From Trichinella spiralis (Eukaryota), in the NCBI RefSeq assembly GCF_000181795.1, contig NW_003526941.1:7691741-7755740 (forward strand): DNA of 64,000 bases. The letters run 5' to 3'. The notes beneath the pieces were generated by a model that did not search any database, was not told the origin of the DNA, and was given only the letters and a program-made list of their open reading frames with translations. The position numbers and the translations under genes were made by a program. Positions 12,300 to 26,600 of this stretch are shown piece after piece; position 1 is the first letter of the stretch, and each line of letters opens with the position of its first letter.

Positions 12300-15200
12300 A
12301 TGGGCGCCAAAAATGGACGTCTATCCAATTCAGATATCAAAGATCTGGAAAAGTCTACATATTGTAAGTGATTTTCTTTTTTACATTATTGAATGATTTT
12401 TATTGATTTTTCTGTATCACCTTTTTGAGCCTCTTAATTAGAATATGCTTAAAATTTTGCTGCTGTTGTTGTTGTTTGATTTACAACACTACTAACTTTT
12501 ACAGTTATCTTTAGTTTTTTTTTTGTATTTTATAATTTATGTTATTTAAAAATTGATATTTTCGATAATGTTCCGCAAGGCAATGACGTTTGCTTTCTGC
12601 TGTTCCTTGAAATTGGCATAATAATGAGTTGAATAATTGCTGCAGAGTGTGAAATTTTTATCAACATCACTTTCACTGATGTTGATAAAAAATTTATACA
12701 GCTTTGATCAGGTTAAAAATATCGATTGAAAAGTGATATTAACATCAACCATCGAAGTGAAGATCAAAATTTTCAATGCCAATGTGTGCACTGTTTTATT
12801 TTGATTAAATTGCTGCCACAGATGTACTTTTCTATGCATTCATAGATACTTCTATATAGGTATAGTAGATACTTCTCTCCCTCTCTTCTTTCCCCTCCCC
12901 CCTTCTCTCTTTCAACCGTTTTATATGCTTCAAACATGCCACATAGCAGCTTTTTTTCCACTGACGTGGTTATTAATTAAAATATACACTCCATTTTAAT
13001 CAGCTTGCTATGTTGTTTTATAGCATTGACTGAAATGCGAGTGGGTGTTTTCCAACGGGTGGCTGTGTTTAATTTTTGCCAAACGTGCGAGTTATCATTG
13101 ATTGTACTTTCACTTGGCTCTTCTTATTTTGTCAGGGACGATTTTTATGAATGCAATGCTTTTGGCACTGCTTCGACTTGGAATGCATGTTTTATTCATT
13201 CATTCACTCGTCACTTTATTCATTCATTCATTCATTCATTCATTGCTTACTGACCTTCCTAACGACAAGTCCACGACGGGGTTATTGTTAAATTAGAAAA
13301 AAAATTTTTTTTTAATATTATGCATGCATGATATATTAATTTATGAATAACTGCTTCACAAAGATGAACAGAAATGTATTAAATTTGTTGTTGTTGTTGT
13401 TGCTGTTGTAGATGGGGAAAATTAATTAAACAACAAAGCGAGCAAGCAAGCAAGCAAGCAACAAAGTGAATTTAGGTTGTATGAATGGAAAATCCGATTA
13501 TTATTCAAGCCTAAAAGATTTACTAGCCTATTTTGCTTGTTTCAAATGCTTTGAACACAATTAGTCGATTGTGCTTAGTGCTGCTATTGTTGCACATTGA
13601 TTTACGAAGCTGTTCTTTGTATGTGGATAAAATTTTAATTTAAACATATAAATAAATAAATATAATAAAGGATAAATTGAAAATTTTCTACAAAATGTAC
13701 TTTTCATCTAAATTTATGTTAGCTGACAATTTGTTGCAATAAATGCATTTTTTGGCATCTGTTAGGTTCAAGTGATGTTTCTTTGTTTGAAGAAAAATGT
13801 TCTTTCTCTTCAACAGCAAGTTGCATCTAAGCTAGAATTTTTTTAACTGAAATTTTTTTTGCAAATTTTGAAAGTGCATTCTGAATTTATTATTTGAAAA
13901 TAAGAAAAAAATAATTATATGGAAAATTTTTAATTTAAAAATTTATTGAATGCAAAAATAGTTATGCCTTAGGATATTTTGAAATAATACGGTTTTTTTA
14001 TGATGCAGATTTTGATGCTGTTTGTAATTTGTTGCTTAATACATAGACTTCTTCTGTAATGGATGGTAAAGTTTGAAGAAGTTGAAGCATTATGATTCTT
14101 TGTAGTTTTTCTCTCTTCACATTCTTCCTGTACTGTTTGTTTATGGGAAAAGCTGCAAATATTTATTTTTTCTGTTTTTTTCTGCTACGAATTGACATTT
14201 GAATTTATCATTTAAAAATAAGCATTGCTTTTTCAAAATTTTGAAACTTTTCTTCACTTTCAACTTTTTGCTATCGTAAATGTTGCATGGCATTATATTT
14301 AACATTTGCATGTATGGTTGGCTGGCAAAGTTCGTGAATAGATAGATAGATAGATATTGTTCTTTTTTATTTTACCAATTTATGTATTTTTTCAAACATG
14401 TTGAAATAAAAACAGTTAACTAAATCAATAATTTAATATGACTTAAGCATTTTTATTGTTTGTGGAAAATATTATTTTGTTTTTCATTTTAGTCAATCGC
14501 AAAGAACTGAGAAAATGGTAAGCAAATTTTTATGATGTTCTTTTACATGGCTTGGTAAGTGTTATTTATATATGTGTTTATTTTTATTTATCTATTTATT
14601 TATTTTAACTGGAGAATTTAAAGGTAATACATATATATAGTGTGTGTGTGTGTGTGTTTGAGTTGAATGTATTTACATTTGTTCTTGTTTATTTTTATTA
14701 TTCTGTAATTACTTGTGGTGGATACAGTAAAATGAATCTGAGATGATTAGAAGGTGAAATTTTTGCATACGAACTGTTGTTTCTTTATTGAAGTTTAATC
14801 GAGTGGCATCATTCATGAAATAATTCATTTTGCTTTTATCATTCTGCACTGCTGAGGGCAATCAATTTTCTGCGCTTTCCTTTTTCTCTTTTCCCTTCTC
14901 CAAGCGTCGTTAGTAATGGAATTTTTCTTCACGGCAAAGAAATTGTTTAATTTCAACCAGGACCGACCCGTCGGCCTTGTGATGATGATTATTCGACTTT
15001 TCGCTCTTAAGCTTAGCTTGACGCAATTAACATTGCCTCTGATGCGCTTTCCCCTTCCCCCCCCTCCCCTCAGTACCTTATTCTCTCTCTCTCTTTCTTT
15101 GTCATTGTTTTCAATTTTATCTCTTTACAAATTAGCCGTCGACGGCTTTTTCAAAAAGCAAATTCTGTTAGCTTGGCTTAACTGGATTTTACATGCATTG

Positions 15201-17677
15201 TGCAATTGTTTTCGAAAACTCACACTTATTACTCATCGTCATTGCCGCCCCTGTCTTTGTCATTCTGCTCGTCTGTGATGATCTGAGAGAAATGCATTTT
15301 TTTATCCTCCCCAAATCTTGTTATTGTTAAATACTACTTACTACATCTATTTGCAACCTTTTCCACTTGTAAACTTCACCATTGCAGTTTTGCAATTATA
15401 TAAATACATATTGATCTATGTTAAATGATTTATCTTTTACACACACCTATACATTGTTTTTGCATTTGCTATTTTACTATGTTTTAATAGAAATTCACTT
15501 AAAATTTACCAGTTAATCATTTCATATAATTGAACACCAACTGATCATTATTAATTAATTTAAATTTAAGCTGCTTAATATAAAATTAAGTTTCAATCAT
15601 TTTAATTGAAATATTAATTTTGCTTAAGTTCAATTTGTTGATGGTCTACAAATCAAACTCAATGGTTTAATCGATCCTTTTATTCTATTTTAATATATTC
15701 AAAAAAAGCGCATTCATTCATACATTCTATGTTTGCTATTATTTATTTACTTATTGTATTTCTATTTTATTCTGTAAGTCATATATGACTGATATGATTT
15801 TTATAATTATCAGACAATTTGTATTCTTGCATGATTTGATTCAGATAGAGTTTTATCAGCAGATTTGATATTTAATATCGAATTGGTTAATTAATTCAAT
15901 CAATTTATTTCTATTCAAATTCTAAGGCAGCAGTTCAACTGTTCCAATGTAAATAAATGAATTATTGATTTCCACATAATTCAATTCATATATATATATG
16001 TATGAATAATTGAAATTGAAAATGTGAAAATTGTTGTAAAGTATCCATATGAAATTATTTTGTATGCGTTTATTTGTTCATATTTTCTATGAGAAACGAA
16101 TTACAATGTATGAAACTAATAATCACTGAACAATAAATCATTTTAATATTGTTCTTTTTTGTTCTATTTTTCATTGTTCATATTCATTTCAATAGTTTTG
16201 TTCCACTTGACATGAACAAGAAGTATCAGAAAATTTAATTTCAAAAAAAAAAAGAAATTAAATTGCTCAGCTGTGTGTGACATTGAAAGTGCATCATGGA
16301 ATTTTATTTTTTTTCTGTCATTCTTTTTCCTGTTACGACTTTTGATGCAATTATCAATGCATGATCAGCAACGTTCATTGAACAGTTATTGCATTGGTAT
16401 GCTTGTCTGATGATGTGTTTGCACATCAATTGAAAATTCAGCCAACTAAAGCATCAGTCACATTTATTATATTTACATATATTTGTTAATTTGTACAATA
16501 GATCCGTTTTTTTTAATAAATAGAACATTCATCTGAATTGCATATTATTTATAATATTGCAGTTTTTCTTTTAAAATAGGCTACTGTAAAAGTATAATTT
16601 TAATTTCACTGCATAACTTAATCAGCTTATGATGTGTATTTTAAGAAATATGCATAAAATTTTTAATTTTTTTTTCTTCTTTTTTCTGTTTTTGATCTTT
16701 TGAAAGCAGTTTTTTAGTGTGAAAATTATTCACCAAAAAAGAACGATTTTCTCTTTTTTCTTTCAGGTATAAAGATTTTATCAAAGATTGTCCCAGTGGA
16801 CGTTTGAAGAAAGAAGTAAGCGATTGCTGTTCTTATTCTCATATATTTGTCTTTTGGAAAATAGATGCTTTCAATTTATTATTATTAGTATTATTATTCT
16901 GATAATCAATAGTTCATTTTGAAAATGTTCATATTCATTATTATATACCTTTTTTTCTACTTTTCAGGAATTCCAGGCTATTTATAAGCAATTTTTCCCA
17001 AATGGTGATCCAACAAAATTTTCCAGTTTTGTTTTCAACGTATTCGACGAAAACAAAGTATTTCTCAATTATGGAAATTGTTCTTCAATTTTGAAAACTC
17101 ACCAACCGATTTTATATAACTTCAGGATGGGCATATTTCATTCAAAGAGTTCATCAGTGCATTGTCAATCACGTCCCGAGGAAGTATTGACGAAAAGCTC
17201 GAATGTGCGTGTAAAATAGCTGAGCTTGTGTTAATTGTTTTTTAATTTGTTTTTCTTGTGCAATTAATTTTTCATTTTTTGTTACATCTCATTTCAGGGG
17301 CCTTTTCTTTGTATGATCTAGACAATGACGGTTACATTACTAAAAATGAAATGGTCGAAATAGTCGATTCGATTTATGCAATGTTGGGCAAATTTGTTGA
17401 CAACAAAGACTTTCCAATGGACGATTCACCACAGTTGCGTGTGGAAAAGATATTTCAAAGCATGGATTCGGTGAGCCTGTTGAAAATTTGAATGCAAATG
17501 TCAATTTTTGCAAAGCGTCAAATGAAGCTAAGGAAAAATCAATTATTATTATAATTATTATTTTTTTTATTTTTTCTTTAGAACAAAGACAATAAATTAT
17601 CGAAAGATGAATTTATTGCCGGGTCGAAAAAAGACGCCTGGATTGTGAAAGCATTAACTATTGGCAATTGTCCTTGA
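12300..17677 (+). CDS. Neuronal calcium sensor (NCS-1/frequenin family EF-hand protein); exons 12300-12363, 14493-14517, 16767-16815, 16968-17057, 17126-17204, 17298-17470, 17582-17677
   Basis: Spliced: [120 protein letters not shown]...[21 protein letters not shown]-terminal MG (myristoylation site), CPSG in EF1, canonical EF loops. Confidence 0.95.
13195..13243. repeat. (TTCA)n microsatellite in NCS intron 1
   Basis: Directly visible. Confidence 0.8.
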
Positions 17678-18172
17678 TTTTCTCTCTCTATCTCTCCCTC
17701 TCTCTGTTTGCGTTGAATGTGCATTTTTGATTGTCCGCAAAAAATGCTGAATTATAATGATGATCAAATAAATTGAGGCTTTTAATCAATGTGAAATATT
17801 TATCATTTCAGATGCAATTGATTCTTTCAACGCAGGAAGCATCAACGTCAATCAATTACAACAGCTATGCAAATTTCCATTTTTACTGGCGGCGAGAACG
17901 TGGATGAACGGTGAAAGTTTATTCTAATTCGACTGTTGACTATTGAGAACATTGCTGAGTAGAGTTTAATTATTAATTGTTGCATTTCATTAAGCAATTT
18001 TCTGTGCTTTCATTGTTCGCGGCGTTGCTTTTGCTTCCACGTGAAGATTTTCATCAAAATTTACGATGGCAGTCCCTTTCCAAAAAAAGATACAAAGAGA
18101 GAAAAAAAAAGAAATTATTTACTGCCGTCAATTACGGATTTCCATCAGGCAGTCCAGCGTTGGAGAAAATTT

Positions 18173-20884
18173 TCAAGAAATCGGATGCAGACAAAGGAAA
18201 GGTATCAAAAATAGTAGTAGACACCACTGTGTACCTGAAATTGAGTGTTGTTTAATTAGGGAAAATTTGCTCTTTTCGAATAGTTTCTTATTTTCGTTTT
18301 TCATTCATTTATAAATTAATATTTTGATTTATTTAATTAATTCCTCTTTGTATAGTAGTGGAAAGTTTTTTCAACATTGACACTTACCAACTCGATCCGC
18401 ACTGCTCAGCTGATCATCGGGCTTAGTCACTGGTTCAGGTCCTTCGGTCGGTGGGGGAGGTGGTGGCGCCGGTGGCTCTTTCTTGCATCTTTTAGGAGAT
18501 AATTTCAGCAGAACTTCTTTCGGCCATTCTTCATCCGCATACCAGCCTCGACATGCACTCGTCTTGTCATTTTCCATGATCAGCCACTGGTGTAACGGTT
18601 GGAAGTATTTCAACAGTGAAGAAGAGTTCAAATTTGAGTGCAACGTTTCGCTCAACAGCAACGACCACTCTTTCTCGGACCCTACGTTCATGAGCTGTTC
18701 AAAAAGTTGTGAAATCTTTTTCTTCTTTCCAAATGTGCACTTGTGCAGTGCATCTTTGTGATTTACAATTTCGCATGCGTATTCGTAGATTTGAAATTGG
18801 AAAATTGTGGAAAACAGACTGTCAATATGTGGTTCGAACAAAATTACTTCAGGTACGACAAGAAAATCTGACATGTTAGCGTTCGATGGCCTGGGATTGG
18901 CCAAGCCCATGTATTTGTTCATTGTTGTCCACCAACTGTTTTCCATTTTGACCCAATCTCTGTTTTCAACGTCATCAGAGCGGAACAGTTGCCAACGCCA
19001 CAGATCCGTCGCATAGCTGTACATCACTGACGGCAGCTTGAGCAGGGCTTGTCGATACAGAAAGTCCACATCAGCCAGCTCTGTGTCAGAAATGCTGATG
19101 TTGTACGTTTCGTTTAATGTCTTCGGTTGAAAGTATGACAAAGCGATTGCTTCACCGATAGCACTGAACAGGCCCCCATTAGCTGGCTGGCGAAAGTACA
19201 TCTTTTGTTCACTGTACTCGCGGGCATATATACCTTGACCAATTAGGCGGAACATTTCACCCATCGTATTGGAATCAATCTGTCCGCACATGGTTACTGT
19301 GTACGACCAGTCATCATTGTCATCGTAAAGATCATAGAATGTTGGCTTGCATATGGGATGTAGTTTAGCATCTTTGGGTGGCTTTTCATACATGCAACTT
19401 GTTCTGCAAATTATCTCTCCGTGAAGCCCAATATCGGAAAAGTACTTTTTTATTTCGTCAAACATGTGCGACACTGATCTGTACGTCTCTTTCAGTACTG
19501 CAGTTATGTCCAAATTTGGTAGTGATTTATCTGGCCTGGTCCAACGATACAGCTGTTGCCATTGGTCTCCGAACAGGCTCTGAACCAGATGACTTCCGAT
19601 CAGTGGAATGTACAGTGAATTTCTATTAGCTAATTTATGCTTCACGTAGGCGTGCAACTCTTCGTACAAAGGCAACAGATCGTAAAATATTGTTCGTGAT
19701 GCATTTTCAACATCAAAATTTTCCGTTGTACTATAAGCGTGTCGCCACCAGTCGCCCAGATCAGCGTAGCCTGCTCCAATGCTAGCATTTTTTAATGCAC
19801 CATACGCGGTGGCAAAACTGGCTCTCATTTGACCAAGATTTTCTATTTCTCTCCACTCTTGCCAAATGTAAAGAAGCAGCAGTGGATTTGAAGCATTTGC
19901 AAGTTTGTTGAAAATATCCGAATAGAGGGACCATTTGACGGAACAATCTTTGGCAGCGTCATTCAAAGCGCATATTTCCTTGTTGTAGATTCGAAGCATC
20001 CGAGTCAGTTCAGTCTGAGCTGCTGACCAAAGCGAACCATTTGCACATGGGCCAGTTCGATGCAAAATATTCGTCCGAGCGATTTTTGAATATTCATCAG
20101 TTATATTTTCCACACTGACTGCTTGCAATTTATGACGGACGTTGCACAGCCAATCCTGAGCACGGCAGCTGATCTCATTGAAATTTTTAACACTTTGATC
20201 GTTAAAGTCTTGAAACAAATTGCGTTGAATGGCAACGACTCTGGACATCGTTTTGCGTCCTTCTTCGTCGTATTGTTTCAAACATGCTTCTAACTGAAAC
20301 ATACATACTGGCAAAATTGTTCAGTTTGGAATTTTCAAAAATGAAATTATTCAACAAGCAACAATTAGTGCACATTGAATGTAAATTATTGTTACCACTG
20401 ATTTGATTTGATTTGATTTTTTGAATAGAATTGATTTTAAATAATAATAATAATAAGATATGCAGTTATTTGCGAGTAGGATTTGTGAATGCATTTTCTT
20501 GTTAATTTCAGTTTGTTATCAGTCAACTAACTAGACAAACAACGCTTAAATGGAAAACACACTGAAGCTTTAATGGTTGATGACGTAAATGTGGAAAAAA
20601 AATCACCCAGAACGATGCGATTTCAATTATGAATGTGATCATTCTGTAACATGTAAGAATTGCCACTTTTTGATTAATTATTATTCTATTTTTTAAGTCA
20701 TATGATTCGATTATGATGATTTTTGCATTTTTAGCTTGTAAAATTAAATATTTTGAATTATTAAAAATTGGAAAAAATCCCTCACCTTTGCTTCTTCATC
20801 TTCGTCGCTGGTTGCATAGCACAAAGTGTTCATCAAGAGTAATAATACAAGAGGAAAGTGCTCTTTTATACCGCAAGGTATCAT
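18173..20884 (-). CDS. Angiotensin-converting-enzyme-like protein (peptidase M2 fold), predicted non-catalytic (ACN-1-like); exons 20884-20786, 20293-18388, 18234-18173
   Basis: M2 motifs GYADLGDWWR, LLPLYEELHAYVKHKL, ICKPTFYD, FRQPANGG..AIGEA, WRWQLF, IFQFQIYEYAC, LLKYFQPLHQWL. Exon 1 encodes a signal-peptide-like MIPCGIKEHFPLVLLLLMNTLCYA. The last exon encodes hydrophobic TQWCLLLFLIPFLCLHPIS*. Confidence 0.9.
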
Positions 20885-21888
20885 TTCTTTTCTTCTTTTT
20901 TTTCGAAAAATGCTGTTCTTCCTATACTGAAGCTTTAACAAGTGAATGTACGTCCGCTTTGGGCAAACAATTTCAGCAAACAGACAATTGCGACCACCAC
21001 TACTCTTCTTCACTTTTGCAAGTTGACAGTTGGGAAATTAAACACTCCAAGAGAGAGGATACTGTTAGTGGATAGTGTGAAAGTTTTATTTTCCAACAAA
21101 TTATTCAACAGTCATTATTATATCATGGCATAGTACAGCTCAGAGGTAAGTATGTTATCATTTAATAATAAAATGCGCTTCATCATCATCATTCTTGTTG
21201 TTCCTATAAATCATTTATGAAGAACTGATATGAAAGAACTTAAATCAATCTGTGAAATCTTATCTTTTTGTTGCTATTCAAAATTAAGTTTTAGTTTTAC
21301 TGAATGAATCACAGTTTTTCGGTTGGTGATTGAATTAAGCGTATGCGAACGACTGTGTAGGTGTGTGCGTGTGCGTGAGAAAGTGTCGTAGTGACATTTT
21401 TTTATTCATAAAATGTTCGTTACATAAATTTAAATTTATTAAATTGTGAAACTTGTAAAAATTCTTTTCAGTAAAATGTAAACATGATGAACAGTGCAGT
21501 AAAAATATATAAAATTAAAATTAATTTAACAATTTAGCGTGGATTAATCCATTCGTTTACCATGAATCTTTTTCCATGATTTTATTTGTTTTAGTTTTCA
21601 TTTAGATCTGCTATTGCAGTTGTTGTCGAACTGATAACGATGATTCTGTTTGCAAAGTTGAATGACAGGCAATGGGCCGATTATGGTATGGCAATGGTGA
21701 AATAAGATTGAGAAAATGCATATTCAGAGCAACATCACTGACCCTGTGATTTTCTGTGGTGCTTTTAATAATTGAACAATACAATTGCCCATGTTGTCCT
21801 TGTCAATCTTCTCTGGGGACTGATGTAGTCGGCCACAAATCGCTATCGATTTGAAGCAGCTGGCGCTTTTTTTCATTTTTTGAATTAG

Positions 21889-23612
21889 CCAGGCTTTTGG
21901 CATCGCTTGCTGGCCAGAACATGTACAATGGACAGACAGGCCCTGAAATTGCTAGCATATTGAAACAATTGATGCGTTGTTGGCGACAACAGAGACCGCA
22001 TCGACCCTGGACAAAAGCCAACGCTAATTTCCTGTTTGGGAAGGTCAGAAAAAACACGCTGGTCACAAGCAATTTTACCTGCTGCTTGCTTGATACAAAC
22101 GTCAAGGTCTGGAACTGAACGTGCGATTTGAAATAAAATAATAAAAAAGCGAAAAGTGGAAAAGCTTTTGCTGCTTTTCTCGTCGATTTTAGCTCCAGAG
22201 GCGACGTTGAAGCGGTGAGAGATGTCTTGTTCAGATGGCAGCTGAAACCATCATGGTCAACACTCTGCCTTGCATTGTTCAACAGTCGGCATTCAATTGT
22301 GCGGTTAACTTGGAAAAGCTCGGCAAAGCGACTATTATCGGTTTCTTGAACAGCTGTACATCACCCATGGAGCTTGATCTCACCGTCGAGGTAAGCAGTT
22401 TATTCAAATCCGACAATCTCTCAGATTATCTCCTACAATTGCAATGCCCGCTTGAAATCATTGCAACTGGTGCTTTGCATTGTATTTTGTATGATTTTTT
22501 TAAACAAATAATTCCCTTTACGTGACTTTGAAAATGCTATTATTCCATTTTCAGATTTTGCAAACTGTCTGGCTTCTCAGTTTTGTTCTTTCAAACAAGA
22601 ATGAACGACGACTGATCGGTTTCGACTTTTGGCCTGTGTCAGTTCATTTTCGCAACGGCAGTTCTGATCTGTCCAACGACGATCATCATCGCAATTCTAC
22701 CGAAAGCATAAAAGTAAGCAACAAATGTACAATTTTGAAATTCTAAATATATATATATATATTTTTTTACATCTTTATGGCATGTGCATTTCAGAATGAC
22801 CAACTAAAACATTTGAATACTCTTTTGCTATTTTCCCTTTATACTTTGCAAATTGAACTGCTAATGCGATTTGGGAATAATTATGTTCGTTTTTTATTTT
22901 TATTTTTGGCTTTAAGGTCACCAGGGTATGCTTCCTGTTGCTGACCTTTTAATCTGTGGATAATTTTTGTGTTCTGCTTGGCCAATTGGAGCATTTCAGA
23001 AATTGTTTCTGAATCTTCCTTTTGCACTTCATTTGCTTTAAACTTACTGTATTTTCTTAACTGTACTTTCAGGTGTGTTTCGAATTTTTAAAGTCCGGCA
23101 AATACAGCTGTTTTCTGGATATCATCGAAACAGCAGACATTAGTTCAATGCAATGTCCAGTTATTGCGACTGTCAGCAGTAGAACAGCATCGTTAGCTGT
23201 GTTAATTTTAATTTGCTTGCTGATTTTTTCGGTCATAATTTTTGCCGTTGTATTGTCAGCAAGAGCGGTGTTAAAAAGACGGCGAGGAAAATACAAGCCA
23301 TTTCAGCCTGCGTTTACACTACTTCCAGAAGCTATGCCGTACATGGAGGCGAAACGACTCTTTCAAAACAACGCACTCCATTTCCCAATAATGCCGTCCA
23401 CTTGTGAAAGAATTGCTGAAGGTAATAAAAAAGTTTCTACCCTGGTCAAGTGGGTTCAGACATCATCTCCTGAACTGTCGACGGACACTGGACATGGCTC
23501 AGCGGAAACAAAAAGTGCAGAAAATGTCCACCTCACGCCACCGCAGAATTTTGACACAAGCACACACTGTTGTGCAGATATTGTTCAAGCGCCGAAAGAG
23601 ACTTCTTTTTAA
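21889..23612 (+). CDS. Hypothetical single-pass membrane protein, multi-exon; 5' structure uncertain
   Basis: Exon-like open blocks ending at GT donors (~22043, 22390, 22713). A long terminal exon 23073-23612 has a TM segment LAVLILICLLIFSVIIFAVVL followed by basic KRRRGKYKP. I recognise no domain. Confidence 0.55.
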
Positions 23613-26600
23613 AACAAAAAAGTCGATTTATTCATCTCTTATTTATTTATCCGGTAAAAATAAAATATTCCTTCCAAACGCCAAATTTATACATGCCACT
23701 AGTATAATGCTAATTTATCTTATCTTATCTTATTATCTACAGTTTCAGATAATCATGTACAATTTTAAGGAGATACATCGACAGCAACATTATATCAAAT
23801 ATGTGACGTTTTTTGATAAAATTTCAAGCGAAGCTCTGCTCTGATTTTATACTTTCAAAATCGCTATTTTATGGAGGTAAGATTTTAATATTGGTTAAAT
23901 TCAAATGTTGACTAAATAATAATTCCGGTAATTTCTAAAAAAGAAAAAACTTCGCAATATTAGCCTTAGACCGTAGGTTCACTCTTGATTTCATTGTTAT
24001 TTTGTTCAATCGTTTCTGTAATCGTTCCACCAAGAAATGACCAAAGCAATCTTCAAGCTCATGCTATTCTTCTAAGTATATATGCTTCATAGAAGTGTTG
24101 GTTGCTAATCACTGTCGCCACTGTAGGTTTTACTACACGATGAATGCTGAAATTCTATCACCACTTGCACTCATTGATAGTGTAATTCTTTGAGAAACAC
24201 AATTTTGCATGTTTATTGTAAAAAGTGAAACTATTCATTTTTCCATTACAGAGCTGTTTTAAATGTTTATAATAATTCCATAATAAGCAGTTGTTGGTTG
24301 TTTTTCATCAGATTTTACTTTGCTTGCTCTGCAAGTAAGTTTGATTGACAGAAATCTTGAATTGAACAGCATAAAATAATTGCAAATTTTCCCAAAAGGA
24401 ATTCCAATGCTATTATTTAATGCTATACAATGCAAATGCGATATAATTTATAAAGCCAACATTCATTTGTGATGCTGCCAACGACATGACAACCTTTGTA
24501 CCTCTGTACCTGCGGAACTTTATAGCTCAACTTGTCACTTGAAAGTGTATAAAATTGAAAATCTAATTTTCTGGTCATTTTACTGGAAGATATACATTTA
24601 AATACACATAGAAGAGTTTTTACAATACAATGAAATAAACAGAAAGAATAAATCTCCATAATTTGTAAAATAATTTATTTCATTTTCAGTTTATCTATAC
24701 TAAACATAAAGAAACTTTTAGCGATACAAATTTGATAGCCAAATAATACATTAATAGAAAAATTCAAAACAAAAGGAAAACAACTGTACGTATTAATGAA
24801 AAATTAAAAATGTATTCTATTTGTAACAGTATCTGTGGAGCAAATAGAAATTAATAATTATTCTGTATATTCCACTTAAATTGTGTTGTCAAAATTGATT
24901 CTTGCAATACAGTTAAAAATTTTCACGATGCAATAATATACGGTATATTGATTGCCAAATCACAGATAGGAATATCGCAAAGTAGTTGACTAGTCAAACA
25001 TGAACAGAAGTCGTTTTTTCGATTAATATTTTACTTTGTATCATTTTCCGTTCACAGCTGCGATGTTTATATAGAAGTCGTGCTCATAATGTTTGCAGAA
25101 AATGAAAAATCAGCAGTTTTATTAGAAAACTTGAAACACATCGAAAAAGGGTGAAAGAAGCAGCAAAAGGTAAAAGGTAATTATTAATTAATCTTTATGT
25201 TCTGTGGTACTGTCGGAAAAATGAATTTTCATTTAATTTTATTAAAATTAATAATAATCTTATTGAATATTTTCTGAGTAAAACTTTTCCCAACAAGTGA
25301 AACAACTATTTTCAGTTTAAAATTTCAGGCACTGAAAGACTTGCTTATTTTCTTGAATAATCATTGAAATAATTTAAAATTCTAATTCTAATAGATTGAT
25401 TGTTAAAAGTGTTCGACATAATCATAATTAATTACGTTGAACACTTTAAATTATACCTCAAATGCATTATAAGTAGAAATTTCATTATCAAGTACTGTGA
25501 TGTCAAATTGAAAACAGCCGCTATGATTTGATATTTTGCGTAGTCGGTGAGCGCTAATTTTTCTTCACAATTATAAATGAGGTCTACCACCGTAAAGCCC
25601 GCTGTCTGCTGTCTAACATATGCCTTGACCGTTTTCAACTTGATTAAGCAATTTGCATTTTCTAATATAGTTGCACTTTATTCACATATAATCTGATAAC
25701 AATTTGTAATACTGCTTGGAGTTCTGATAAATTTCAGACTTCATTTCCACATTTGTTTTGGTTCATTTCAAATTTTGACGACAAAACATATTCTGACTAT
25801 CACAGTTTTCGTTCGAACTGCGTAAATTTTTATTGACTCCAAACATAGTCAGTGTTTAAATTTTGGCGGGAACTTTCTGGTGATCGTTTCCATTTATGTA
25901 GGTCATTTTTGAATTTTCAAATCGCTGTCATTGGTTGAATTTACCAGTTTGTCTGCTATCAGTCTACCGTATTCTTTCAAATGTGTTCCTGAATGTCATC
26001 ATTGTATAATGAATGTATATTTTATGTGATTTTATTGTATGTATTCATTTGAATTGTAATACTTTAAATCAAAATATTAATAAATAATTTGGAATGAATG
26101 TTAACGATAAAAAATGTTGCTTGAAATCATCGCCTTAGCATTCACATTTAAACATTCTCCTGTACTATTGTTTCAGTTAAGTAAATAGAACGCGATGAAA
26201 AATTATCAGTAGGAGAGCATGTAAATTTGCATACGAGCTCATTATTGTTTGCTTTGTGACCTTATTTGAAATAATTTCAGATTGACGCCATGAGTGACGT
26301 GGTGCGTTTTGATATTCAAATGCGTCTAAAATACAATTTCTAATGCCAACTCAGTCGTTCGTTGTTTTTTCATTTTTATTTTTCAAATCAACACTAAAAG
26401 AAGATCAGAATTGAACAATGAGAAGCGACTGCGTTTGGTAAGTGGCAATAATTTGGTATATAACACAATTATAAAAATTGTACAATTGAAAACAAAGTAT
26501 CCAGTGTAATTTTTCAACAGAAATGTGTAATACATAAATCCGCACACCAAGTTATTTGGGTTTTTTACTCCTTGTGCTTTTAACTTTCTGTCCTCCCATG

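Noticed and set aside
23900..25700. Exon-like block at ~25058-25169 and nearby short ORFs
   Set aside because: The block has stops in all three frames and no coherent gene model emerges.
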